Source: Desulfobacterales bacterium (lineage in GTDB: Bacteria > Desulfobacterota > Desulfobacteria > Desulfobacterales > SURF-7). Taken from it: a DNA stretch of 64,000 nt. The notes beneath the pieces were generated by a model, which was given only the letters and a program-made list of their open reading frames with translations, was not told where the DNA came from and did not search any database. Both the position numbers and the translations under genes were made by a program. The stretch spans positions 98,169 to 162,168 of the forward strand of contig JBGSLR010000038.1 of assembly GCA_041740615.1 (NCBI GenBank), written 5' to 3'. Shown here piece after piece: positions 35,524 through 43,933 of the stretch; the first letter of the stretch is position 1; the number at the start of each line of letters is the position of its first letter.

Positions 35524-36256
35524 CGATTTTTTTAAGGTGTATACAGCGGATCCGGCAGCGGATAGCGGCAGAATGGAAGCGATTGTGCGCATCATCGAGC
35601 CGGAAGTCACCCTGATGGACATCGTGGCCGCCCAAGAGGCCGACATCGCTGCCGTGCACACCACCGATCATATTCGTTCGGTCAAAGACGAAGGTTTATA
35701 TGACATTGCCGCTCTTGCGGCGGGTGGCGCCGTTCAGGCGGCTCTGGCCGGGCTTTCCGAACCTGCTTTCGGATTAATTCGTCCTCCCGGGCACCATGCT
35801 TCCGTCGGTTCGGCTTGGGGCTTTTGTTTTTTTAACAATATGGCCATTGCCATCGATAAATTGAAACGGGAAGGCCGGATACAACGAGCCTTTGTTCTGG
35901 ATATCGACATGCACCATGGAGATGGAACCGAAAACATTCTCGGGAATTCCTCCTGGGTGACGGTTCATAACGTGTCGACGCGCAATCGCAATGCATATCT
36001 TTCCGAGGTCCGTCAGGCCATGGCGGATTGCAAAGCGGATATCATCGGTATTTCCGCCGGCTTTGACAACCATCTGGAGGATTGGGGCGGCGTTTTATCG
36101 ACGGATGATTATGGCGCCATTGGTTGTTTGGTTCGGGAGGCCGCCGATCGAAACAGGGGCGGTTGCTTCGGTATTCTGGAAGGCGGGTATAACCATGATG
36201 TGTTGGGGCGTAATGTTCTGGCGCTGATACAAGGACTTTCCAAGCAGACGGAATAA
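35504..36256 (+). CDS. histone deacetylase-family (arginase-fold) Zn hydrolase, compact form
   Basis: RPPGHHA, DIDMHHGDGT, SAGFDNHLED, EGGYN: all catalytic and zinc motifs are present in ~250 aa. Start ATG 35504 overlaps the DH gene. Confidence 0.8.
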   Translation: MKVFFHSDFFKVYTADPAADSGRMEAIVRIIEPEVTLMDIVAAQEADIAAVHTTDHIRSVKDEGLYDIAALAAGGAVQAALAGLSEPAFGLIRPPGHHASVGSAWGFCFFNNMAIAIDKLKREGRIQRAFVLDIDMHHGDGTENILGNSSWVTVHNVSTRNRNAYLSEVRQAMADCKADIIGISAGFDNHLEDWGGVLSTDDYGAIGCLVREAADRNRGGCFGILEGGYNHDVLGRNVLALIQGLSKQTE

Positions 36257-36348
36257 ATGGTATGGTAATATCTGGTCACTGTTGAGCGTTCGGAGTGTCG
36301 GCAGCCGGTTATGGAATTGTAACCATCCACCACGAGAAAGGACCAACC

Positions 36349-36753
36349 ATGGAGGGTAATGCGGAGAAACGTATATTCAGGCGCTTGATGTTTCCCCCAG
36401 AAGAAATCATCGGTGCCACCTTCAGCCTATCATCCTATTCGGAAGGGATTATCAAGGCGACGATTTTGAATATAAGCGAAGGCGGGTTGGGTCTGAAATT
36501 TAACATGAGAGAATCGGGCGTTCTCCATGAAGGAAATCATCTGATACTGGAGACGATCATCGGAATGGACCCGTTGAAAGTGTTGGAAAGCGTTGAAGCC
36601 GAAATCAGATGGGTGCTTCATTATAAGCCGGTACGGGGCGTCCGGGCCGGCTGTCGGTTTATCAATCTGGCCGAATCGAAACGGGAAAAAATTCGGACTT
36701 ACATCAATGCGATGATGGAACAGAAAATCCGTAAACAGGATGAGGACTTTTGA
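36349..36753 (+). CDS. PilZ domain protein
   Basis: RxxxR-type motif (KRIFRRLMF) and NISEGGLGL (D/N-x-S-x-x-G). Start at ATG 36349. Confidence 0.7.
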   Translation: MEGNAEKRIFRRLMFPPEEIIGATFSLSSYSEGIIKATILNISEGGLGLKFNMRESGVLHEGNHLILETIIGMDPLKVLESVEAEIRWVLHYKPVRGVRAGCRFINLAESKREKIRTYINAMMEQKIRKQDEDF

Positions 36754-36842
36754 TTCGGGATCGTATGGGTTGAAATGATCCGACTGAAATGATAAGGAGT
36801 ATTTGAAACCACGGCTGATGTTTCCTGTAATGGAGCGGCCGG

Positions 36843-37199
36843 ATGAACCATTTCAAGATTTGGATAGGTAACATGACGCTAAAAGAGATTTTCGACCGCT
36901 GCCGCAAACTTCAAATACATGAGATCAGAAGTGAAAACGAAGAGTATTATGAGATTGTGGTTTATAACGCTGAAATTGAAGAGTGGAATAAACTCCTCAC
37001 AAGTCTCTTAGGACCGGCGCGAAAGCCGAAAGGGGTCGAGCCGACCGATGCGGATTTGTCCTTGACCAGAGCATCGGGCGGAATTCGTGTGAACCAGACA
37101 TTATTCGAAAGTGAATTCAATAACGGGACGGTGGTTGCCAAATTCTGGCCTTGGGAAGATAACATCCATACCACCCTGAAAATGGCGCTTTTGGTCTGA
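36843..37199 (+). CDS. hypothetical protein
   Basis: 118-aa ORF with no recognisable motif (alternative start ATG 36873). Coding-like composition. Confidence 0.4.
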   Translation: MNHFKIWIGNMTLKEIFDRCRKLQIHEIRSENEEYYEIVVYNAEIEEWNKLLTSLLGPARKPKGVEPTDADLSLTRASGGIRVNQTLFESEFNNGTVVAKFWPWEDNIHTTLKMALLV

Positions 37200-37345
37200 C
37201 AGGCTGCTATCGACGGGCCCTTTCACTCGAAAACCATCTTCATTGTCATTGTCCTACAGCCGCCGGGAATCCGTTTCAGCGTCCACAGATAATACCGGTT
37301 TCTTCCATAGAATTCTAATCATCGTCAGAGAACAGGCATGCGGGC

Positions 37346-38062
37346 TCACCGCACGATACATTCGTGTACCCGCATGGCGGCGATCGTTCCGAGTCGCTCC
37401 ATCCATTCCTCCGTGCCGTCTTCCCGGGTTGCCGTGAAAAAATCGGGCTGCAGAACGTCCGCGGGGTTGAAACGCTGAAGACAATAGCGCTTCGCGCCTT
37501 CGATGTGATCGAGTATGGAATCGAGTACCGATGAGGAGATAAATGGTTTGGCGCAAGTCGTTCTGAATTCATAGTCCGGGGCATTTGTCATGATCAGCCG
37601 GATGCTTTCGAGAATATTGTCCGGATGATAATGATCCACCAGATAGGGGGCATATTCACGCGGATCGGTCTTGATATCCATGGCGATATAATCCACCAGG
37701 TCACGCTTCAACAGTTTCCCGATGATATCCGGGCGACTGCCGTTGGTATCTAATTTTACGAAAAATCCTGATTGCTTCAGTTGTTCACAAAAGTATTCCA
37801 GGTCGGACTGCAGGGTGGGCTCGCCGCCGCTAATGACGACACCTTCCAGAAACTCCTTACGTATCTGCAGAAAATCCGTAAGCCAACGTTGATCCAAAAA
37901 GGGCGGGATGGGCTGGTCACCCCTGACCAGCCCGGGATTATGACAATACGGGCAATGAAAATTACATCCGCATAAGAAGACAACGCAGCTGATTTTCCCC
38001 GGATAATCGATCAGGGAATGTTTCAAGACACCACCGAGGCGCATCTTGCATATATCGATCAA
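37346..38062 (-). CDS. nrdG: anaerobic ribonucleoside-triphosphate reductase activating protein (radical SAM)
   Basis: CGCNFHCPYCHNP cluster motif and GVVISGGEP. 4-nt overlap with nrdD. Confidence 0.9.
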   Translation of the reverse strand: MIDICKMRLGGVLKHSLIDYPGKISCVVFLCGCNFHCPYCHNPGLVRGDQPIPPFLDQRWLTDFLQIRKEFLEGVVISGGEPTLQSDLEYFCEQLKQSGFFVKLDTNGSRPDIIGKLLKRDLVDYIAMDIKTDPREYAPYLVDHYHPDNILESIRLIMTNAPDYEFRTTCAKPFISSSVLDSILDHIEGAKRYCLQRFNPADVLQPDFFTATREDGTEEWMERLGTIAAMRVHECIVR

Positions 38063-40254
38063 GACATTCCGCCGGCCTTTGTTTCCGGCATGGTCGGCAG
38101 GGGGGGCGGTTGTTCGGTCCGTCTCCCGGTCGACAATCGCGGTTGGGTGTGAGCGCTTTCCAAGCGAAAGGTTTTCCGGAGGTCATATTCCGCTTGTTTG
38201 CCGTTGTTCCATTGTTTTACCGGCCTCAGATATCCGACGACGCGTGAATAGATCTCGGTTTCCTGATTACAGGTGGAGCAGGTCTCCTGCTCGCCGGTCA
38301 GATAGCCGTGGGATGGGCAGATACTGAAGGTGGGCGTCAGTGTGAAGTACGGCAATTTGAAATTGTTCGCCACCTTGCGGATAAGGGATTTGACGGTTTC
38401 GGTATCATTGACCTGTTCACCCAGAAACAGATGGAGAACTGTACCGCCGGTATATTTGGTCTGTAGATCATCCTGAAGCATCAGCATTTCGAAAATATCG
38501 TCCGTATAATTCACCGGCAGCTGCGTGGAATTGGTATAAAAAGGCGGGGCATTTTCCCGGTATCCGGCTTCGTTGAAGCAGAGAATCTCGGGGTAGCGCT
38601 CTTTGTCCAGCATGGCCAGTCGATAGGATGTACCTTCCGCCGGCGTGGCTTCCAGATTGTAAATGTCCCCGGTCGCGTCCTGGATTTCGGCGATCTGATC
38701 CCGCAAAAAATCCATCACCCGTAAGGAAAAATCCAGACCGGCCTCACTTGCGATACCTTCTCCGAGAAAATTGAGGCAGGCTTCATTCATTCCGACGATG
38801 CCGATAGTGGAGAAGTGGTTTTTCCAGTATTTGCCGGAACCGTTTTTGATTTCACGTAAATAATATTTTGAATATGGGTAAAGATTTTTATCCGTGAAGT
38901 TTTCCAGTATTTTCCTTTTGATAGACAGGCTTTCTTTGGCAATCTGGACCATTTTGTTCAAGCGGACAAAAAATTCCGTTTCACTGCTGGAAAGAAATCC
39001 GATACGTGGCAGATTGATGGTGACGACCCCGATGGAGCCGGTCAGGGGGTTGGCTCCGAACAGGCCTCCGCCCCTTTTCATCAATTCGCGGTTGTCCAGC
39101 CGCAGCCGGCAGCACATGGATCGGGCATCTTCCGGAGACATATCCGAATTGATGAAATTGGAGAAATAGGGAATCCCGTATTTCCCCGTCATTTTCCAAA
39201 TCATTTCCAGATTTGGATTATCCCAGTCAAAGTCTGCGGTTATATTATATGTTGGAATCGGAAATGTGAAGACTCGTCCTTTTGCGTCTCCGGCCATCAT
39301 CACTTCGGCGAAGGCTTTGTTGAGCATATCCATTTCCGGTTGAAAACCGGAGTAGGTTTCTTCTCTTTCCATCCCACCGATGATCACCGGAACATCCTTC
39401 AGGATCGACGGAACGCATAAATCCATGGTGATATTGGTAAAGGGCGTCTGGAAACCGACCCGCGTGGGGATGTTGATGTTGAAGACAAATTCCTGGATCG
39501 CCTGTTTGACTTTATCATAACCCAGGTTGTCGTATCGGATAAAAGGGGCCAGCAGCGTGTCGAAATTGGAAATGGCCTGGGCGCCCGCAGCTTCGCCTTG
39601 CAGCGTATAAAAGAAGTTGACAATCTGCCCCAGGGCGGAACGAAGGTGTTTCGGGGGGGCACTTTCCACCTTGCCGACAACTCCTTTGAATCCCTGCACC
39701 AAAAGGTCCTTTAAATCCCAGCCGACACAATAAACCGACAGCAGGCTCAGATCATGGACATGGATGTCGCCGTTTTTATGGGCTTGCCGGATTTCCGGCG
39801 GATAGATACGGTTCAGCCAGTATTCGGAGGTGACGTCGGAGGAGATATAGTTGTTCAGGCCCTGCAAGGAATAGCTCATATTGCTGTTTTCCTTGATTTT
39901 CCAATCCATCTTCTGAATATAGTTGTCCACCAGGTTGACACTCGCCTTGGTGGTCAGGCTACGTATCTGGTTGTGTTGCTCACGGTAGAGAATGTAGGCC
40001 TTGGCGGTTTTATAATACGGTGAATCCAGCAACACCCGTTCGACGATGTCTTGGATTTCTTCAACCTCCGGCAGTGGGCCGAGTCTCATTTCATGGGCCA
40101 GGGTCAATACTTTCAGGGTGAGTTTTCGGGCCTCCCGTTCACCGAATTCACTGCTCGCCTCCCCGGCTTTGGCGATCGCTTTTGTGATATTGGATGAATC
40201 GAATTCAACAACCCGGCCGTCACGCTTCTTAATCGTCTCGAACATTCGCACCAC
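38059..40254 (-). CDS. nrdD: anaerobic ribonucleoside-triphosphate reductase (class III)
   Basis: N-terminal ATP-cone (KRDGRVVEFD..KI). C-terminal Zn site CPSHG...CSTC and glycyl-radical motif SRVVGYLRP. Confidence 0.95.
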   Translation of the reverse strand: MVRMFETIKKRDGRVVEFDSSNITKAIAKAGEASSEFGEREARKLTLKVLTLAHEMRLGPLPEVEEIQDIVERVLLDSPYYKTAKAYILYREQHNQIRSLTTKASVNLVDNYIQKMDWKIKENSNMSYSLQGLNNYISSDVTSEYWLNRIYPPEIRQAHKNGDIHVHDLSLLSVYCVGWDLKDLLVQGFKGVVGKVESAPPKHLRSALGQIVNFFYTLQGEAAGAQAISNFDTLLAPFIRYDNLGYDKVKQAIQEFVFNINIPTRVGFQTPFTNITMDLCVPSILKDVPVIIGGMEREETYSGFQPEMDMLNKAFAEVMMAGDAKGRVFTFPIPTYNITADFDWDNPNLEMIWKMTGKYGIPYFSNFINSDMSPEDARSMCCRLRLDNRELMKRGGGLFGANPLTGSIGVVTINLPRIGFLSSSETEFFVRLNKMVQIAKESLSIKRKILENFTDKNLYPYSKYYLREIKNGSGKYWKNHFSTIGIVGMNEACLNFLGEGIASEAGLDFSLRVMDFLRDQIAEIQDATGDIYNLEATPAEGTSYRLAMLDKERYPEILCFNEAGYRENAPPFYTNSTQLPVNYTDDIFEMLMLQDDLQTKYTGGTVLHLFLGEQVNDTETVKSLIRKVANNFKLPYFTLTPTFSICPSHGYLTGEQETCSTCNQETEIYSRVVGYLRPVKQWNNGKQAEYDLRKTFRLESAHTQPRLSTGRRTEQPPPLPTMPETKAGGMS

Positions 40255-40394
40255 CCTTTTGAAATTTGGACTTTGTTAGTAGTAAAATCCGGTCAAACCG
40301 AAAAACATGAAGTTGCGCTGAAAAAAACAGGTTGACGGAAGTAACCCTTTTCCCCATGTGCAAGGTGTTTTTCCAAGTAAACGCCGTTAAATCC

Positions 40395-40442
40395 AAAAAA
40401 ATAACCCTACCGGCCGTTGTGATGGCAACGCAGTACGGTAAG
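40395..40442 (-). terminator. terminator-like hairpin inside the nrdD 5' leader (candidate attenuator)
   Basis: Minus strand reads cuuaccg-uacug-cguug-ccauca-caacg-gc-cgguagg, followed by guuaUUUUUUU. About 140 nt upstream of the nrdD start. Confidence 0.4.
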
Positions 40443-40494
40443 CGCCGGTTGTGGAATTCCTTCGGTAACGCCGTGTTCGTTGAATGGACCGGTA

Positions 40495-40522
40495 GTTATC
40501 ACAATATATTGTTATGTGTCAA
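40495..40522 (-). promoter_or_regulatory. candidate nrdDG promoter with embedded NrdR-box-like palindrome
   Basis: Minus strand reads TTGACA (40522-40517), 16-nt spacer, GATAAC. The spacer contains the perfect 12-bp palindrome ACAATATATTGT (40501-40512), which resembles the NrdR box core. Confidence 0.5.
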
Positions 40523-40793
40523 CGGGAAAATTCAATATGTGGGGTATACGGATGTTAAATCAATTGTTTGTGCTGGTTTTCCCCAAGTTGGTGATCCGCC
40601 GGAGTCGGTGTGGGTTTCAAATAAAATATCCGCAGTGCGCGCGGGGTATCTTGATTTTCTTTGATTGAAATGAAATAAGAGAAAGGAGGAGCGGTCTGCC
40701 TTTTGCCCTGCCCGGTTTGATGGTATGGACGACAGGCTTCGTTCCGCCAAAGCCGGGCGGTTTTTCAAGTATCTCATATTGTAAGGATGACAA

Positions 40794-41072
40794 GTGATCG
40801 GTAATCCCCAGCAAACGGTCGTGCATCGCAAAGTATTCGCTCCCTGGTATGATACCGAGACGGCCTGTTTCATCACGATTGCGGTTTTGGCGCTGGTGTT
40901 GCTGTTCTCTGTTGCCGGCATTTTTACGGCTTATGAAAATACAGCCTTTCATCCCTATGTTTGGGTACCCATTTTGCTTTCCATCATGTGTCTATGGGTT
41001 CTGCTCTCCATTGCCATCCGTCTGGTGAAGCGCTATATCGTCCGAATGAACAGCAGGTATCTGAAGGGCTGA
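40794..41072 (+). CDS. small two-TM membrane protein (hypothetical)
   Basis: 92-aa ORF with a GTG start after an AAGGA RBS. Two clear hydrophobic helices, then a basic tail. Confidence 0.45.
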   Translation: MIGNPQQTVVHRKVFAPWYDTETACFITIAVLALVLLFSVAGIFTAYENTAFHPYVWVPILLSIMCLWVLLSIAIRLVKRYIVRMNSRYLKG

Positions 41073-41093
41073 AAAGAGTATCGTATCCGGTTT

Positions 41094-41573
41094 TCATTCC
41101 GGGGGATTTTCCAGGAAAGTCTTCAAGGACATGGTCTTGTAGCTGTTCGTGGAAATGTATTTCAGGAAAGACATCATGTCCTTGGCGGGGATAAATCCCG
41201 GTCGGTTGCCGATTTTTTCACCATTCTGGGATAGAAACCAAGTGGTGGGAAGTCCGGATACGTGATATTCACGCGCCCGCTCCTTATCCTGATCGGAATT
41301 GATTTTGATGGAGATAAAATGCTCATTCAGATATCGGATCACCGCCGGATCAGCGAAGGTCTCTTTTTGCATGTTTTTGCAGTATCGACACCAATCCGCG
41401 TAGAAATGAAGAAATACTTTTTTGTCTTCTTGTTTGCTGGCGGCGATGCCTTTTTCAAAAGGCAGCCAATTGATCGCCTGGTCCGAAGCGATTCCGTCTC
41501 CGATATTCAACACAAAAACCATGGCGAATAAGCATATCAGCAAATAGCGATGGGTGGAATGGTTCTGTTTCAT
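41094..41573 (-). CDS. periplasmic thioredoxin-fold thiol:disulfide oxidoreductase
   Basis: Signal peptide. CxxC (DWCRYC) in thioredoxin context (VFLHFYADWCRYCKNM). Adjacent to ccdA. Confidence 0.8.
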   Translation of the reverse strand: MKQNHSTHRYLLICLFAMVFVLNIGDGIASDQAINWLPFEKGIAASKQEDKKVFLHFYADWCRYCKNMQKETFADPAVIRYLNEHFISIKINSDQDKERAREYHVSGLPTTWFLSQNGEKIGNRPGFIPAKDMMSFLKYISTNSYKTMSLKTFLENPPE

Positions 41574-41583
41574 TTGTTCCTTT

Positions 41584-42285
41584 CTAAGGTCCTGCGAATT
41601 GATAGAATCGATCGGTCAACAGCAGCAGACCGATCACAATCAATAACAAGCCGGCCGCCGTGTTGATATATTTTACAACGCGCACAGCTTTCCGAATAAA
41701 AGACAATAAAAATGTAATAAACAACGAGATGAAAATGAATGGAAGCGCCATCCCGCAAGAGTACATGACCAACAAGCCCACTCCCTGTCCAATGGTCTCC
41801 TGACTGGAGGCCATGATCAAAATGGATCCAAGCAATGGTCCGATGCAGGGGCTCCATCCTGCTCCAAAAGCCATTCCAATAACAAACGTTCCGAGCAAGC
41901 GGTATGGCTTTTTTCGAATTTGAATCCGTTTCTCGAAATCAAGTCCCCGCAGGCGAATGATGCCCGATAAATGAATTCCGAATAATATTATCATTACGCC
42001 GCCGATTTTAACAAGCATTTCCTTATATTCGGCAATCAGATTCCCCAAGAGAGATGCCGAAGCGCCCAATAGAATAAAAACGACGGAAAATCCGCAAACA
42101 TATGAAATGGTTGATAGCACCACCTTTATCCGCAGCTCAGATCCGGGCGAGGTTGTTAATTCCTCGAGGGAAGAACCGGTGATAAAAGTGAAATAGGCCG
42201 GTATCAGCGGAAGGACGCAGGGAGAAAAAAAGGATGTCAGTCCGGCAATAAAGGCCAAATGATAGGGCACTGATTCAATAAACAT
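41584..42285 (-). CDS. ccdA: cytochrome c biogenesis / thiol-reductant transporter CcdA (DsbD family)
   Basis: 233 aa and 6 TM, with conserved FSPCVLPLIP and GWSPCIGPLLG motifs. Confidence 0.9.
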   Translation of the reverse strand: MFIESVPYHLAFIAGLTSFFSPCVLPLIPAYFTFITGSSLEELTTSPGSELRIKVVLSTISYVCGFSVVFILLGASASLLGNLIAEYKEMLVKIGGVMIILFGIHLSGIIRLRGLDFEKRIQIRKKPYRLLGTFVIGMAFGAGWSPCIGPLLGSILIMASSQETIGQGVGLLVMYSCGMALPFIFISLFITFLLSFIRKAVRVVKYINTAAGLLLIVIGLLLLTDRFYQFAGP

Positions 42286-42308
42286 GTTGTCATAACCTAC
42301 TTCGAATC

Positions 42309-43163
42309 TTATCGGCTCAGTTCTTTGGACCGTTCCGCAGCGGCAAAAACGGCATGGACGATGGTTTGCTTGACATCGTTGTTCATCAGGACTTTCAAAG
42401 CCGCTTCGGTCGTTCCTCCGGGAGAGGTGACTTTTCGACGTAAATCGGCAGGGGATTCCCGGCGTTCTTTCAACAGCCGTAACGCGCCTTCAAAAGTCTT
42501 GGTCGTCAGCAACATCGCTGTTTCCGGATCGAACCCAAGGGCGATGCCCGCCTCGATGACGGCTTCCACGAAATAAAAAACATAAGCGGGCCCCGAACCG
42601 GAAAGCGCGGTAACGGCATCCATTACATCTTCTTTCACCTCAATAACTTCTCCCATCGATGACAGGATGGTGCGTGTCAGAGCAAGATCCGTACCATCGG
42701 CATATCGGTTGCCGCTCAATGCGCTCATGCCGGCAAGCACCAGAGCCGGTGTGTTCGGCATCACCCGGATGATCGGGAGATTCCGCCGTGCAGATTCCGG
42801 GAGAGGGGTATACAGAATTTCCTCCAGTTTTCGAATTCGGATACCGGCGGCGATGGAGATGATCAGTTTGCGTTGTTGCAATGCGGACAAATCGGTCGAT
42901 CTCCCAAGGGATGACACGATATCCGGTAATTGTTGGGGTTTGACGGCCAGTATGACGATGTCGCTTTCCGAGAATACCTGCTGATTGTCATGGGCCGGGA
43001 TAATGCCGTAGGTTTCCTGGAGTGCGGAAACGCGGGTGCTGGAAATATCATGGATAAAAATATGCTCCGGCGCACTCATGTTTGAGTGAACAAGGGCGCC
43101 GACAAAGGCTTCGCCCATATTGCCGGCGCCGATGATGCCGATCTTTTTTTTATATGTTATCAA
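42309..43163 (-). CDS. proC: pyrroline-5-carboxylate reductase
   Basis: IGIIGAGNMG NADP motif. C-terminal VTSPGGTTEAAL signature. TTG start. Confidence 0.92.
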   Translation of the reverse strand: MITYKKKIGIIGAGNMGEAFVGALVHSNMSAPEHIFIHDISSTRVSALQETYGIIPAHDNQQVFSESDIVILAVKPQQLPDIVSSLGRSTDLSALQQRKLIISIAAGIRIRKLEEILYTPLPESARRNLPIIRVMPNTPALVLAGMSALSGNRYADGTDLALTRTILSSMGEVIEVKEDVMDAVTALSGSGPAYVFYFVEAVIEAGIALGFDPETAMLLTTKTFEGALRLLKERRESPADLRRKVTSPGGTTEAALKVLMNNDVKQTIVHAVFAAAERSKELSR

Positions 43164-43268
43164 TCTGTTTTCTCCATGAATAAATCCGTTATACGAAAAT
43201 CGCGGTAATCAAGATAGCGATTCAGTCCTTGAAATGTCAATGGTTTTAATGTTGTCGGATAAAATTGC

Positions 43269-43297
43269 TTGACTTATATCTGATATAACACTAATTT
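43269..43297 (+). promoter_or_regulatory. candidate sigma-70 promoter for the divIVA-like gene
   Basis: TTGACT, 17-nt spacer, TAATTT. The spacer contains the inverted repeat ATATC-T-GATAT. Confidence 0.4.
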
Positions 43298-43349
43298 TCC
43301 ATATAATTACACAATTCAAAAGCGTAAATGAATATTGGGCGGGTGAGTC

Positions 43350-43853
43350 ATGAAAAAAATCACGGCGGATGAGATCCAGCATCAGCAGTTCAAAGTCAGG
43401 TTTCGCGGTTTCGATGTCCGCGAAGTGGATGCGTATCTCGAAAAGCTGGCCAATATTTTTGAGTCGTTATTAAATGAAAACACGAAGCAACGTGAAAAAA
43501 TCGATCGGCTGAATTTAGAGAGTCAAGGGTATAAAAAACGGGAGGAAGTTTTCAAACGCGCCATCTTGAATTCTCAGAAGGTGTTGGAACAGATGAAGTT
43601 GAACGCCCAGAAATCAGCTGAATTGATTGTCGCCGAAGCCGAAGTGAATGCAGAAAAAATTCTCAATCAGGCACATAACCGTCTGGCGCAGTTACACAAG
43701 GACATTGCCGAGATGAAGCGGCAGCGTACACAAATCGAGGTTCAAATCCGAGCCATTATCGAATCACATACGAAACTGCTCGATATGGAAAAAGAGGATG
43801 CCAAAAAAAGTGATGAGGCCGACGATAAAGTGAAATTATTCAATCGCCACTAG
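43350..43853 (+). CDS. DivIVA domain protein
   Basis: N-terminal DivIVA motif (I..Q.F....RGFDVREVDAYLEKLA), then a coiled coil. Confidence 0.85.
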   Translation: MKKITADEIQHQQFKVRFRGFDVREVDAYLEKLANIFESLLNENTKQREKIDRLNLESQGYKKREEVFKRAILNSQKVLEQMKLNAQKSAELIVAEAEVNAEKILNQAHNRLAQLHKDIAEMKRQRTQIEVQIRAIIESHTKLLDMEKEDAKKSDEADDKVKLFNRH

Positions 43854-43933
43854 CCCACACAGACCGGTCGCGTTTTCCAATTACTCCAGTAAAATAAGCA
43901 TGCCGATTCATCGGCGGTGACAGGGAACAACCA

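Noticed and set aside
40255-40490. Cobalamin riboswitch in the nrdD leader
   Set aside because: I could find no B12-box (GCCACTG-like core) or the conserved GGGAA / GGTG..AA..CC elements. The region is kept only as an unclassified leader in the findings.
40332-40664. 110-aa plus-strand ORF opposite the nrdD leader
   Set aside because: It has no RBS and an implausible composition. It overlaps the promoter and leader features of nrdD.
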